DNA from: Candidatus Saccharimonadota bacterium | Lineage (GTDB): Archaea > Nanobdellota > Nanobdellia > Pacearchaeales > GW2011-AR1 | Reading direction: 5' to 3' | DNA length: 32,000 bases | Assembly: GCA_026002795.1 (NCBI GenBank) | Contig: BPGA01000001.1 | Span: 480,001-512,000 of the forward strand | Shown here: piece after piece, positions 1 to 10,100 of the stretch | How positions within the stretch are numbered: the first letter of the stretch is position 1 | How the letters are laid out: every line of letters begins with the position of its first letter | The notes under the pieces: generated by a model | The model's database searches: none | What the model was told of the DNA's origin: nothing | The model's input: the letters and a program-made list of their open reading frames with translations, nothing else | Made by a program: the position numbers and the translations under genes

Positions 1-335
1 TCTAGAGTATTTGCTTCTAAAAGAGCCTTTTTTGTTGCCTCGTCTGCTTTACTGAAATTATCGCTGTAGATATAAAATTCAGCTTCTTTTAGATAAAAAT
101 TTATTTTATCAGCAAAAGTTAAAGAAATCTGAGCTAAAGCATTATAACTCTCTGCTGCTTTTGAAAACATTTTTACCTTTTCATATAACTCAGCAATTTT
201 TAGAAGAACAAATCTTTTCATATCCATGGTTAATGGTTCCTTTAGAAGTCTGTTAAGCCAATCTATTTGTATAAAAGGGCCTTTTCCTTGTAATGTTTTT
301 TCAATCTCGCTTTTACTCATTCCTACTTTTAACAT
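1..335 (-). CDS. hypothetical helical protein (TPR-like character), 3'-truncated by the window edge
   Basis: Absent from the ORF track because it runs off the window. A reverse-strand ATG at 335 (alternative ATG at 320) opens a frame with no stop down to base 1: MLKVGMSKSEIEKTLQGKGPFIQIDWLNRLLKEPLTMDMKRFVLLKIAELYEKVKMFSKAAESYNALAQISLTFADKINFYLKEAEFYIYSDNFSKADEATKKALLEAN... No family recognised. Confidence 0.35.
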   Translation of the reverse strand, partial: MLKVGMSKSEIEKTLQGKGPFIQIDWLNRLLKEPLTMDMKRFVLLKIAELYEKVKMFSKAAESYNALAQISLTFADKINFYLKEAEFYIYSDNFSKADEATKKALLEANTL

Positions 336-369
336 AAAAAAAGAAAAGAAAAGAGGTATTTAAGGTTTA

Positions 370-546
370 TTAAAGGCAACCGTAATTTCTAAATTTTTTA
401 ATAATCTCTAAATCTTTTTCGCCACCAAATTCTAAATAATCCTCTGAATAGTTCTTATTAAACTTTTTTCTATAAAAAACGTAAAAAATAGTTCCAACAA
501 ACAAAAAAGAAGCTATAGAAAATTTCAAAATTTTTTCAAGACTCAT
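370..546 (-). CDS. possible small membrane protein (58 aa)
   Basis: Hand-translated, just below the ORF-track cutoff: MSLEKILKFSIASFLFVGTIFYVFYRKKFNKNYSEDYLEFGGEKDLEIIKKFRNYGCL. It has one hydrophobic helix, an ATG start at 546 and a TAA stop at 372-370. No homology recognised. Confidence 0.25.
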   Translation of the reverse strand: MSLEKILKFSIASFLFVGTIFYVFYRKKFNKNYSEDYLEFGGEKDLEIIKKFRNYGCL

Positions 547-683
547 TTTTTTGTAAAGATAAAAAATATTTAAAAAAATAATTGTAAAGTAAAATATCTT
601 TTAATAAATAAAAATCTAAGAGATTAATTATTGTTTATAATTATAAAATTAAAAATCATTAAAATCATAAATCTAAAAAAGAA

Positions 684-1970
684 TTAATTCTTTTTCTTTG
701 TAATTTCATTACAAACACCAGCAGCAACAGTTGATCCAGCATCTCTTATCGAGAATCTAGCCATCATAGGATTATCCTTCATTGTTTCAATACACAAATT
801 TCCTTGAGGTACAACTTTTACTCTTGCGCTATCTCCGTTTCTTAAGAATTGTGGATTTTTTTCTACAACTTCACCAGTTCTAGGATCTATTTTTTCTATA
901 AGTTCAACAATTCTACAAGGAACTTGTGCTGTATGAACATGAAAGATAGGAGTGTAGCCAACAGCAATTACAGTTGGATGATTAATAACAGTTATTGTTG
1001 CAATAAATTCTTCAGCAACAACTGCTGGTTTTGAAGCGTCACAAATAACATCTCCTCTTGCAATATCTTTTTTTCCTATACCTCTTATGTTAACTCCAAC
1101 ATTATCTCCTGCAGAAGCTTCTTGTAAAGATTCATGATGCATTTCAATACTTTTTATTTCTCCTTCTGTTCCTTTTCCTGTTCTACCAGGAAGAATAATT
1201 ACTTTTTGACCTACTTTCATTATTCCGCTTACAATTTTTCCTGTAGGAACTGTTCCAATACCTGTAATTTCATAAACATCTTGTACAGGCATTCTTAAAG
1301 GTAAATCAGTAGGTAATTGTGGTTGCGGGAACTGATCGAACTGTTCTATTATTGTTGGCCCCTTGTACCAAGGTAAGTTTTCAGATTTTTTAACAATATT
1401 ATCTCCTTTTAATCCAGAACAAGCAACAAATACTGTTGTCTCAGGATTGTAACCAACGCTTTTTAAAAGTTTACTTACATCTTCTTTTACTTTATTAAAC
1501 CTATCTTCTTGATAATTAACAGCATCCATTTTATTTATTGCTACTGCAACATTTTTGACACCAGCTGTTCTTAAAAGCCATAAATGTTCTATTGTTTGAG
1601 GTTCTACTCCTTGAACAGCTGAAATAACTAAGAAAGCAGCATCTGCTTGACTTGCTCCAGTAATCATGTTCTTTACGAAATCTCTATGTCCAGGAGCATC
1701 TATAATTGTTACTTGGTATTTTTGTGTTAGTATTTTTCTATAAGATAAGTCTATAGTAACACCTCTTTCTCTTTCTTCTTTTATTTTATCCATTACAAAA
1801 GCAAATTCAAAACCAGCTTTTCCGTGTTTTTCAGCTTCTTGCCTTAGTTTTACCATCTCTTGTTCAGAAACAATTCCAGAATCAAAGAGAAGTCTTCCAA
1901 TTATTGTTGATTTTCCAGCGTCGACGTGGCCAACAAAAACCACGTTCATGTTTGGTTTTTCTTTTGCCAT
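684..1970 (-). CDS. tuf: translation elongation factor aEF-1 alpha
   Basis: 428 aa. G1 motif GHVDAGKST, DAPGH and NKMD GTPase motifs, and full-length resemblance to archaeal EF-1alpha. Confidence 0.97.
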   Translation of the reverse strand: MAKEKPNMNVVFVGHVDAGKSTIIGRLLFDSGIVSEQEMVKLRQEAEKHGKAGFEFAFVMDKIKEERERGVTIDLSYRKILTQKYQVTIIDAPGHRDFVKNMITGASQADAAFLVISAVQGVEPQTIEHLWLLRTAGVKNVAVAINKMDAVNYQEDRFNKVKEDVSKLLKSVGYNPETTVFVACSGLKGDNIVKKSENLPWYKGPTIIEQFDQFPQPQLPTDLPLRMPVQDVYEITGIGTVPTGKIVSGIMKVGQKVIILPGRTGKGTEGEIKSIEMHHESLQEASAGDNVGVNIRGIGKKDIARGDVICDASKPAVVAEEFIATITVINHPTVIAVGYTPIFHVHTAQVPCRIVELIEKIDPRTGEVVEKNPQFLRNGDSARVKVVPQGNLCIETMKDNPMMARFSIRDAGSTVAAGVCNEITKKKN

Positions 1971-2296
1971 CTTAATAATGAATATAAAAATTTAGTAAAT
2001 TAGTAAAAAAAATTGGCTTTAAAAATGTTTCGAAAATTTTAACTGTAAAGTTAACGACCTTTTTTAAAGAAAAATTTTAATACACAAACAAAAAAAATTA
2101 AGAGCGTTTTCAAGAAATAAATGTCAACAATTCTATTTAAGGCCTTTTTTAACTTCAGAGCTAATTCTTGAAACTCTTATAGAATTCTTAAAATCAATTT
2201 TTATGATATAGACGATAAAAAACTTTTTAATCAGCTTGTTCATTTAATTTTCATTCAGAAACATATAAAGATTTATTTTACAGACAATAAAATTTT

Positions 2297-2605
2297 TTAT
2301 TTTACTTTAAACTTTTTTGTCCATAATTCTATGTAATTAACTATTTTTATTAACTCTTTACCTTTTTTAGTCAATTCATATTCTACTCTTGGAGGTATTT
2401 CATTAAACTTTTTTCTTGAAATAAGACCAATTTTTTCCAACTCTCTCAATCTTTTAGTTAAAGTTCTTGGGCTTATTCCTTTCATTTCTTTTACTAAAAC
2501 ACTAAATCTTTTCTTTCCATTATCATTTAGCTCTCTTAAAATTAATAGAGCCCATTTTTTTGATATTCTAGAAAGAGTTTTGTTAACAGAGCATGTTTTG
2601 TCCAT
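2297..2605 (-). CDS. HxlR-family winged-helix transcriptional regulator
   Basis: 102 aa. Typical HxlR pattern: ISKKWALLILREL...RFSVLVKEMKGISPRTLTKRLRELEKIGLISRK...PPRVEYELTKKG. Divergent to the LUD gene. Confidence 0.85.
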   Translation of the reverse strand: MDKTCSVNKTLSRISKKWALLILRELNDNGKKRFSVLVKEMKGISPRTLTKRLRELEKIGLISRKKFNEIPPRVEYELTKKGKELIKIVNYIELWTKKFKVK

Positions 2606-2698
2606 TTTATTAGTTTACTTTTTGATAGCAAAAATTTAAATATATTACTTTAAAAATTAAAGTATAATTAATTTAAAAAAGTTACTAAAGGCCATAAA

Positions 2699-3319
2699 AT
2701 GTCAGAAAATAATTGGTTAAAAATTCCTAAAGAAAAAGAAATTCATGAAACAATTTCCTCTTTAAAAAATAGGGGAATAAATGTTTTTATTGTGGGAAAT
2801 AAAAAAGAAGCATTAGAAAAAATAAAAGAGATAATTCCAAAAAGATCAGAAATAATGTTTGGATCTTCTCTTACTCTTGAAGAAATTGGTTTTTTCTCTT
2901 TACTTGAATCAGAAAAAAATAGATGGAAAAATTTTAGTGAGAAAATAAAAAATGAGAATGATCCTTCAAAAAGACAAGATTTAAGAAGAAAAGCAGTTAC
3001 AGCAGAATATTTTTTAGGAAGTGTTAATGCTATAGCCAAAACAGGAGAGTTGGTTGCATGTGATGCTTCTGGTTCAAGAGTTGGTGCTTATCCTTTCGCA
3101 GCAAAAAACCTAATTTTAGTTGCAGGGATCCAAAAAATAACTAAAAATTTAGAAGAGGCTATAAAAAGAGTTCGTGAATATGTTTTTCCTTTAGAAAATG
3201 AAAGAGCAAAAAAGATTTATGGGATGCCTAGCGCGACAGCAAAGTGGGTAATTATAGAAAGAGAAATTATTCCAAATCGAATAAACTTAATTCTTGTTAA
3301 AGAGAAATTGGGTTTCTAG
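2699..3319 (+). CDS. LUD-domain (DUF162, LutC/YkgG-like) protein
   Basis: 206 aa. The size and the C-terminal pattern GSVNAIAKTGELVACDASGSRVGAYPFAAKNLILVAGIQKI resemble the LUD domain. Assigned from memory of the family. Confidence 0.65.
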   Translation: MSENNWLKIPKEKEIHETISSLKNRGINVFIVGNKKEALEKIKEIIPKRSEIMFGSSLTLEEIGFFSLLESEKNRWKNFSEKIKNENDPSKRQDLRRKAVTAEYFLGSVNAIAKTGELVACDASGSRVGAYPFAAKNLILVAGIQKITKNLEEAIKRVREYVFPLENERAKKIYGMPSATAKWVIIEREIIPNRINLILVKEKLGF

Positions 3320-3366
3320 ATTTTTCATTTAACTAAAAATGACAAAAATCTAAAAAATTTACTAAA

Positions 3367-5556
3367 TTATTGATTCTCGCTAAGTCCTTTCCTTTCTCTA
3401 ATCTTTCTTATTACATCCTGTTGTAATGCTGCTGGTACTCTTTCAAAAGATTGATCAACTAAAGAGCTTACACCTCTTCCTTCTGTAGCTGATCTTAAAT
3501 CAGAGCTCCAGCCAATCATTTCAGCGACAGGAATTTTTGCTTTTACTTCTGAATCAAATTCTGTTTGTTTAACTTCAAGAAGCTGTCCTCTTTTGCTTCC
3601 TACAAGTTTTGTTATTTCTCCCAAGAATTTGTTAGGAATCTCAATTAGATGCACTTGTAATGGCTCAAGTAAATAAGCTCCTGCTTGTTTCATTGCTTCT
3701 ATTATTGCTTCTCTTACAGCAGGATAAACCTGTGCAGGTCCTCTATGAATTGCATCTTCATGAAGCCTAATATCAACTAAAGAAACCTTTACTTTCATAC
3801 ATGGCTCTCTTGCAAGAGGTCCTTGATCCATTACCATTTCAAATGCATCTAAAACCATTTCAATGACTTCTCCTATATGAACTTCTCCTCTTGTTTCATC
3901 CATAAAAATATTTCCTTTGTAAATATCCTTTACATTTCTTATTTGATCACCACTCCAACCAAGTTTTGATAAAACATTAAATATAACATCTGTTCTTTTT
4001 TTTACTCTTCCTTCAGGTAGCTCGCCAGATTTTATTGCTTCATAGACAGAGTCCTCTAAAGGCTCGACTTTAATGTAAAAACTATTGTGTTTGTTTGGGC
4101 TTCTTCCTTCTATCGCAGGCGATTCTTTTGAAACAGTTTCTCTATAAACAATTATTGGAGGAGAGGTTTTGACATCTAAACCTTTTTCAGTTATTATCCT
4201 ATTTTCAATTATTTCAAGATGAAGTTCGCCCATTCCAGAAATTAAACTTTCTCCTGTTTGTTCATTAATTTCAACTTTAATTGATGGATCTTCTTTTGAA
4301 ACTTTTTTTAAGATGTCAACTAGCTTTGGCAAATCAATTGTTTTTTTTACTTCGATAGATTTTGTAATTACAGGCTCAAAAATATGTTTCAACTCTTCAA
4401 AAGGTGTTTCTGGTTCTAATGTTATTGTTTCTCCAGCCTCTCCACTAATTCCAGATATAGCAATAACATTTCCAGCACTTATTTCTTCAACCTGTTCTGG
4501 CTTTATTCCATTATATATAAAAAGCTGTTGTATTTTTTGTTTTTTATTAGCTAAATTTAAATAAACATCCATTCCAGTTTTTAAAGATCCAGAAAATAAT
4601 CTTCCAGCAGAAATTTCTTTTCCACTTCTTGGATCTATCACAATTCTAGTTATTACAAATGCTGGTTTTCCATTTGGATTACAATTCAATAAATCTTTTC
4701 CAAAACCAGAGTTAAGATCTCCTTTCCATATCTTAGGTATTCTATACTTTTGTGCTTCTATTGGATTAGGAAGATGTTTTACAACCATGTCTAAAAGAAC
4801 CTCATATAAAGGAGCATTCTTCCAACACCATTCTTTTCTTTCTTCTTCATTCATCTCATAAATTTTAAAAATATCTTTAAAATTAATTCCTTTTTTTTGC
4901 ATAAAAGGAACAGAAAGAGCCCAATTTTCTCTCGCAGAACCAAAAGCAACACTTCCATCTTTTATATCAACTAGCCATTTTTCTTTAAACTCTTCTTCTG
5001 CTGTTTTTCTTATTAATTCATTAAATTCATGAAAAATTTTTATAAAGCGTTCTTGCATTTGTTCTGGAGTCAATTTCAACTCTTTAATTAAACGATCAAC
5101 TTTATTTATAAACAAAACAGGTTTTACACGTTCTCTTAAAGCTTGCTTAATAACAGTTTCTGTTTGCGGCATTATTCCCTCTACAGCACAAACTAAAACG
5201 ACAGTTCCATCAATTGCACGCATAGCTCTAGTTACATTACCAGAAAAATCAACATGTCCAGGAGTATCAATTAAATTTATTAGATATTCTTGACCTTGAT
5301 ATTCATGAACCATCGAAACATTTGCAGCATCAACAGTCATAAGCCTTTCTTGCTCGTCTGCATGTTGCCAAGTTGCCATTCCCATTTCAAGACTTCCTGC
5401 GGCTTTTGCAGCCATGTATCCAGAAGCAGCAAGGAGGTTGTCTGTTAAAGCTGTTTTTCCGTGGTGAATGTGTGCTGATGTTGCAATGTTTCTTATATTT
5501 TCACGAATTTTGCTTAACCTTTTTATTTTTTCAATTTGTGTCTCTTTTTCTGCCAT
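3367..5556 (-). CDS. fusA: translation elongation factor aEF-2
   Basis: 729 aa. AHIHHGKT, DTPGH and NKVD motifs, plus the diphthamide-site motif HEDAIHRGPAQ typical of archaeal EF-2. Confidence 0.97.
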   Translation of the reverse strand: MAEKETQIEKIKRLSKIRENIRNIATSAHIHHGKTALTDNLLAASGYMAAKAAGSLEMGMATWQHADEQERLMTVDAANVSMVHEYQGQEYLINLIDTPGHVDFSGNVTRAMRAIDGTVVLVCAVEGIMPQTETVIKQALRERVKPVLFINKVDRLIKELKLTPEQMQERFIKIFHEFNELIRKTAEEEFKEKWLVDIKDGSVAFGSARENWALSVPFMQKKGINFKDIFKIYEMNEEERKEWCWKNAPLYEVLLDMVVKHLPNPIEAQKYRIPKIWKGDLNSGFGKDLLNCNPNGKPAFVITRIVIDPRSGKEISAGRLFSGSLKTGMDVYLNLANKKQKIQQLFIYNGIKPEQVEEISAGNVIAISGISGEAGETITLEPETPFEELKHIFEPVITKSIEVKKTIDLPKLVDILKKVSKEDPSIKVEINEQTGESLISGMGELHLEIIENRIITEKGLDVKTSPPIIVYRETVSKESPAIEGRSPNKHNSFYIKVEPLEDSVYEAIKSGELPEGRVKKRTDVIFNVLSKLGWSGDQIRNVKDIYKGNIFMDETRGEVHIGEVIEMVLDAFEMVMDQGPLAREPCMKVKVSLVDIRLHEDAIHRGPAQVYPAVREAIIEAMKQAGAYLLEPLQVHLIEIPNKFLGEITKLVGSKRGQLLEVKQTEFDSEVKAKIPVAEMIGWSSDLRSATEGRGVSSLVDQSFERVPAALQQDVIRKIRERKGLSENQ

Positions 5557-5670
5557 TTTTTAATTTATTTTTTATTTATTAAAAACAATAAAAAATGCAA
5601 AAATTAGTTTATAAAGTTTTAGTAAATAAAAATTATTTATGACGACGATATATAAAAATAATATATAAAT

Positions 5671-6291
5671 TTATCTTGCAGAATCAGCTTGTTTTTCTGA
5701 TTCTATTTTTTTCTTTATCGCATAACTTTCTCCATTTTCTTCTGAAGCGAGAATTATCTCTTCAGCTAAAGCCTCTTTAATGTTCTTCTTTTTTCCAAAA
5801 GCTCTTTCTGAAGCACCATGTACCAAATGTTTTATTGCTAAATTTAATCTTCTTAAAGGCGATACATCAACAGCCTGAGGGTATCTTGCTCCACCATATT
5901 CTATAGTTGTTATTTCATCTCTAGGAGCTGAGTTTTCTATAGCTCTTATTAAAACTTCAACAGGATTTTTCTTTGTCCTCTCTTCTATAATTTTAAAAGC
6001 ACCTAGAACAATTTTTGCGTTTTTTGTATATTTTCCAGAAGAATTCCCAAGAATTATTTTATGTTTTTTTCCTCTATGTCCAGAAACACCTAGCCTATTA
6101 ATAAGTCTTTCTACAACATTAACTTTTGTTTGACCAAATCTTTGTGTATTCCTTCCATGACTTTTTAGAATTAACTTTTGATTAAGGTTTATCACGTTTT
6201 TTAATCCAGGATCATTAATTATTATGTTTTCTGTTTCATACAAATCAAAAATTTTAAATTTAATATCTTTTTCTGACATTTTAATTTTCAT
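5671..6291 (-). CDS. rps7: 30S ribosomal protein uS7
   Basis: 206 aa with S7 family resemblance (…[29 protein letters not shown]…). Has an ATGA overlap with rps12 upstream, in the conserved rps12-rps7-fusA order. Confidence 0.94.
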   Translation of the reverse strand: MKIKMSEKDIKFKIFDLYETENIIINDPGLKNVINLNQKLILKSHGRNTQRFGQTKVNVVERLINRLGVSGHRGKKHKIILGNSSGKYTKNAKIVLGAFKIIEERTKKNPVEVLIRAIENSAPRDEITTIEYGGARYPQAVDVSPLRRLNLAIKHLVHGASERAFGKKKNIKEALAEEIILASEENGESYAIKKKIESEKQADSAR

Positions 6292-6710
6292 CTTCTTCCT
6301 TTCTCTATTTTACCTTTCCATAATAAATGTAGTGGTTGATCATTAACTTTTATGACTTTAAATCTTACTCCAGGGATATCTCCTTTTGTTCTTCCTTGTT
6401 TTCCTCCAATTCTTTCTATTAAAACCTCGTCATGCTCTTCTATAAACTTTTGGGCTAAATTTCCAGGAATAAAAGCAGTAACTATTTTTCCGTTTTTTGT
6501 TAATTGAACTTTACAACACTTCCTCATTGCAGAATTTGGTTGTTTAGCTTCTTTTTGTATTTTTTGTATTACAATACCCTTTGCTTGATTTGCTCCTTCT
6601 AGAGGATCTGATTTTTTATAAAGATCTAAAGTTCTAACTACATATTTCCTATCACTCCATCTAAATTTTTTTCTATTCTTTTTTAATTTTAAAGCATTTT
6701 TAAGTCCCAT
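6288..6710 (-). CDS. rps12: 30S ribosomal protein uS12
   Basis: 140 aa. S12 signature [20 protein letters not shown]....AFIPG, in the conserved position before rps7. Confidence 0.95.
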   Translation of the reverse strand: MGLKNALKLKKNRKKFRWSDRKYVVRTLDLYKKSDPLEGANQAKGIVIQKIQKEAKQPNSAMRKCCKVQLTKNGKIVTAFIPGNLAQKFIEEHDEVLIERIGGKQGRTKGDIPGVRFKVIKVNDQPLHLLWKGKIEKGRR

Positions 6711-6756
6711 TTTAATAGATGTATAGAAGCCAATTTAAAAATCTTTTTAAAAAACC

Positions 6757-7170
6757 TTAAATAATCTTAAGTTCTTTATTGAAAAAATTCTTTACTATGT
6801 TTCTTAACTCAAGAAAATTTTTCTTTTTTTTACCTATTAAAAGAGCTTTATTTTTTCCAGGATTTATTATTATTTCATTTTCTTTTATTTTAAGAGATCC
6901 AATTTTTATCGGATTTATTATACTTTTTATAAAATAAATTGCGTCTTTTTCTTTTTTAGGGATTATAATAACTCTGACATTTTTATTCAAAATTTTTTTT
7001 ATTTTTTTTACATTATCCTTATTCCTTCCTAAAGACTTGTTGAAAAAATTCCTATCAACAACAAAAAATAAAGAATTGTTGTAAGAAAAACAATATTTTG
7101 CTCTTACTTTAGTAATTCTCTCAAATAAATTTAGATACATTATTTCTTTTATTTCTAGTTTATTTATCAT
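6757..7170 (-). CDS. nusA: archaeal NusA-like protein (two degenerate KH modules)
   Basis: Sits between rpoA and rps12, as in other archaea, and has a two-KH-like layout (…SLGRNKDNVKKIKKIL…, …LLIGKKKKNFLELRNIV…). The track ORF starts at a TTG (7203) that overlaps rpoA. The first ATG (7170, MINKLEIKEIMYL…) is the more likely start. Confidence 0.7.
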   Translation of the reverse strand: MINKLEIKEIMYLNLFERITKVRAKYCFSYNNSLFFVVDRNFFNKSLGRNKDNVKKIKKILNKNVRVIIIPKKEKDAIYFIKSIINPIKIGSLKIKENEIIINPGKNKALLIGKKKKNFLELRNIVKNFFNKELKII

Positions 7171-7183
7171 TTTTAAAAAGAAT

Positions 7184-10100
7184 CTATCTAGAAATACTTT
7201 CAATTATTTCTTCTTTTACACTTTTTTTTTCTGATTCTGGCTTAGCAAGTGGACCTATGACTTTAACAAGTAAACCAGGAAGTCCTGTTCCTACAGGAAC
7301 CGGCTGATTAATTATAACATTTTCTATAACAGAAGAAAGATTATCTTTAGTTCCTTTTATTGTCGCATTAATAAATTGCTTTATTGGAGTCTCAAAAGTT
7401 GCTCTTGCAAGTATTGAAGATTTTTGTGAGATTATTCCTATTCTAGTTACTCCTTTTACCTCACCAGAAGAAGTCATAACATCTGCAATTAATTTTAAAT
7501 GTCTTTTATCTATGTTAAGTCCTTGAGTATTTAAAACTTCAGATATCTCTTTGATGATAAGCTCTCTTGCAGCCTCTATTCCTAAAACTTTTGCTACCTC
7601 ATGAATATCGTTTGATATTGTTTTTTCATTATCTACTTCTTTCATATTCATTACTTTTTCTAAATCTGTTCCTAAAGTTAGGACCACATAATTTTGACCT
7701 CTTTTAACAACTAAAACTTGAGAAATGCCCTTTATTCCAGAGATCATTGTTCTCTTTATTTTTTCTTTGATTTTATAAATCTCTTTAAAACTCGCGTCTG
7801 GAGTATAAATACTGATTGAGTTTTCTTTTTCTCTACAATTAAAACCTAGTTCTTTAAGTCTTTCAACAACTTTTTTAATACCAACATGAATACTTTTTAT
7901 CCCTTCTTTGTCTATTAAAATCCCTATTTTTTTGTTATTGAAATCTACATTTATCTCAGAAGCTATTTCACCAAGTTTTACCTCTTTTATTTTTTCTGCA
8001 AAAATTCTTGCATCTTTTTCATTATTGTAATCTTTCTTAAGATAAATCTCCATTTTTGGAGAAGACGGTTTTTTTCTAGCATCAAAAATTTCTATAAGTC
8101 TAGGCAATCCTTGTGTTATCTGCATTTCAGAAACACCAGCAAAATGGAAAGTTCTTAAAATCATTTGTGTTGAAGGCTCCCCAAAACTTTGTGCAGTTAC
8201 AACACCAATTGCTTCTCCAGGATCTAGTTTTCCTTTAAGATGCAGCTTAGAGACATCTAATCCGTCATCTCCATAAGTAAACTGAATTATGTTATTGTTT
8301 CCATCTCTTACAGTTCCATCATACTCTTTTCTTATATCTTGCAAAGCACTTACTAATCTTCTATAGAGGTAACCAGATTTTGGAGTTCTTAGTGCAGTAT
8401 CCATTAATGATGCTCTTCCAGTCATTGCGCCGAAGAAAAATTCATCAGGATCTAAACCCTTTATATAAGAACTTTTGATAAATCCTCTTGCTCTCGGCGA
8501 TAAATCACCTTTTTTAAAGAAAGGAAGAGTTCTATTTGTATAACCTATTTCAATTCTTTTTCCTTCTAAATCCTGTTGACCGACACAGCAAGCCATTTGA
8601 GTTATGTTTAATACATTTCCTCCACCTCCAGACTTTATCATGTGGGTTACTGGATTGTCTTCAGGAAACTCTTTTTTTATTATCTCACTTATTTTTGTTG
8701 CGGTTTCATTTAAAACTCTTAAAATTTTTATCTCTCTTGACTCTTCTTTTGTTTTACCTTGTATGAGTTCAAGAGTTCCTTCGTTGTACTCTTTAATTAT
8801 TTCTTCTGCTTTTTTCTCTGCTGTTCTTACTATTTCTTCAGTTTCTTCTAAAATCTTTTTACTTACATCTAAATCAGTTAAAGAAATTGTAATTCCTTTG
8901 TTTGTTAAATAATACCTACCAAGATTAAATGCCTTTCTTATTGATTCAAAAGCAACTTCTCTTCCAAAAATTTTATCTATCGATTTTAGCAATTCGCTTG
9001 TTTCATTTCCAAACAAGCTATCATCTATAAATCCTTTGATAATTTCTCCTTCTTTTATTTTTATGTTTTCATTTGAAAAATCTATTTTAGGTAAAACTTT
9101 AGAAAAAACCTCTATTCCAGGTATTGTTTTTTTAGTGAAGTAATGATTTATTTCTGATTTATAAAGTAATTGATTAGCTTCTTCTTTTGTAAAGCTATCA
9201 AAACCAAGTAAATAATTTCCAGTTATTGAGTCTAAAATACAACCAACCCAATTTTTGTTATTCTTAGGAGAAAATAAATTACTTTTTACACCCATTAAAA
9301 CAATTGCTTCTGATCTTGCTTCTTCTGTTTGTGGGCTGTGTATATTCATTTCATCTCCATCAAAATCTGCATTGTAAGGGAATGCAACAGAAGGATGAAG
9401 TCTAAATGTTCTTCCAGGCAAAACTTTTACATAATGAGCTAAAATACTTCCTCTATGTAAACTTGGTTGTCTATTAAACAAAACAATATCTCCATCTATT
9501 AAGTGTCTTTCAACTTGATAACCAGGTTTTATTTCATTTAATATTTCCTCTTTTAGTTCTGGTGTTATTTTTTTTCTTTTTCCGTCTGGTCTTATTATGT
9601 AATTAGCACTAGGGTATTCAGGACTTTTTTCAATCAGTTTTTTTAAGTATTCAATGTTACTATCATTTACTGTTTCATTTACAGTTACTATTTTTGCTAT
9701 TTCATAAGGAACTCCTACTTCATCTATTTCTATTGAAGGATCAGGCGAGACAACTGTTCTCGCACTATAGTTTACTCTTTTACCAGCTAAATTTTTTCTA
9801 ATTCTTCCTTCTTTTCCCTTTATTCTTTCAGCAATTGTCTTTAGAGGTTGACCAGATCTATGTCTTGCTGGAGGTATTTTTGGAACAGTATTATCAAAAA
9901 AAGTTGTAACATGATATTGCAAAAGTTCCCAGAGCTCGTCTATTATTACTTCAGGAGCTCCTGCATTTAAATTTTCCCATAATCTTTGATTTGCTCTAAG
10001 AATGTCTGAAAGTTTATGAGAGAGATCATCTTCACTCCTCTCTCCTGTTTCTAAAATAATACTTGGTCTTACAGTTACAGGAGGAACAAGTAAAACAGTT

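Noticed and set aside
849-1034. Antisense ORFs from the supplied track that lie inside confidently identified genes. The group comprises 849-1034, 2743-3039, 4313-4564, 5373-5582, 8536-8766, 8604-8912, 11744-11956, 14755-14976, 16085-16306, 18206-18412, 19278-19523, 22554-22769, 23673-23924, 25582-25809, 26035-26460, 27053-27256, 27514-27828, 28270-28476 and 28510-28719.
   Set aside because: All are shadow frames opposite strongly supported genes (tuf, fusA, rpoA, rpoB, gyrB, gyrA and others). Their translations are low-complexity and F/L/S/I-rich. For the longest one (26035-26460) I checked that stops in that antisense frame require Tyr/His/Gln codons in gyrB. Those codons happen to be rare in that stretch, so its length is explained by chance.
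1971-2296. A 326-nt intergenic region was scanned for box C/D sRNAs (RUGAUGA…CUGA), small ORFs or structured RNA. The same scan covered 5557-5670, 14459-14705, 22207-22372 and 24816-25033.
   Set aside because: No convincing C and D box pair at sRNA-like spacing was found, and no GC-rich structured segment. Only AT-rich, promoter-like sequence is present. A 36-aa minus-strand ORF (MNKLIKKFFIVYIIK…) looked spurious.
7171-7203. TTG-initiated N-terminal extension of nusA overlapping the end of rpoA by 20 nt.
   Set aside because: The start is a TTG and the extension (MKVFLDRFFLK) adds nothing domain-like. The ATG at 7170 gives a non-overlapping gene of typical archaeal NusA size.
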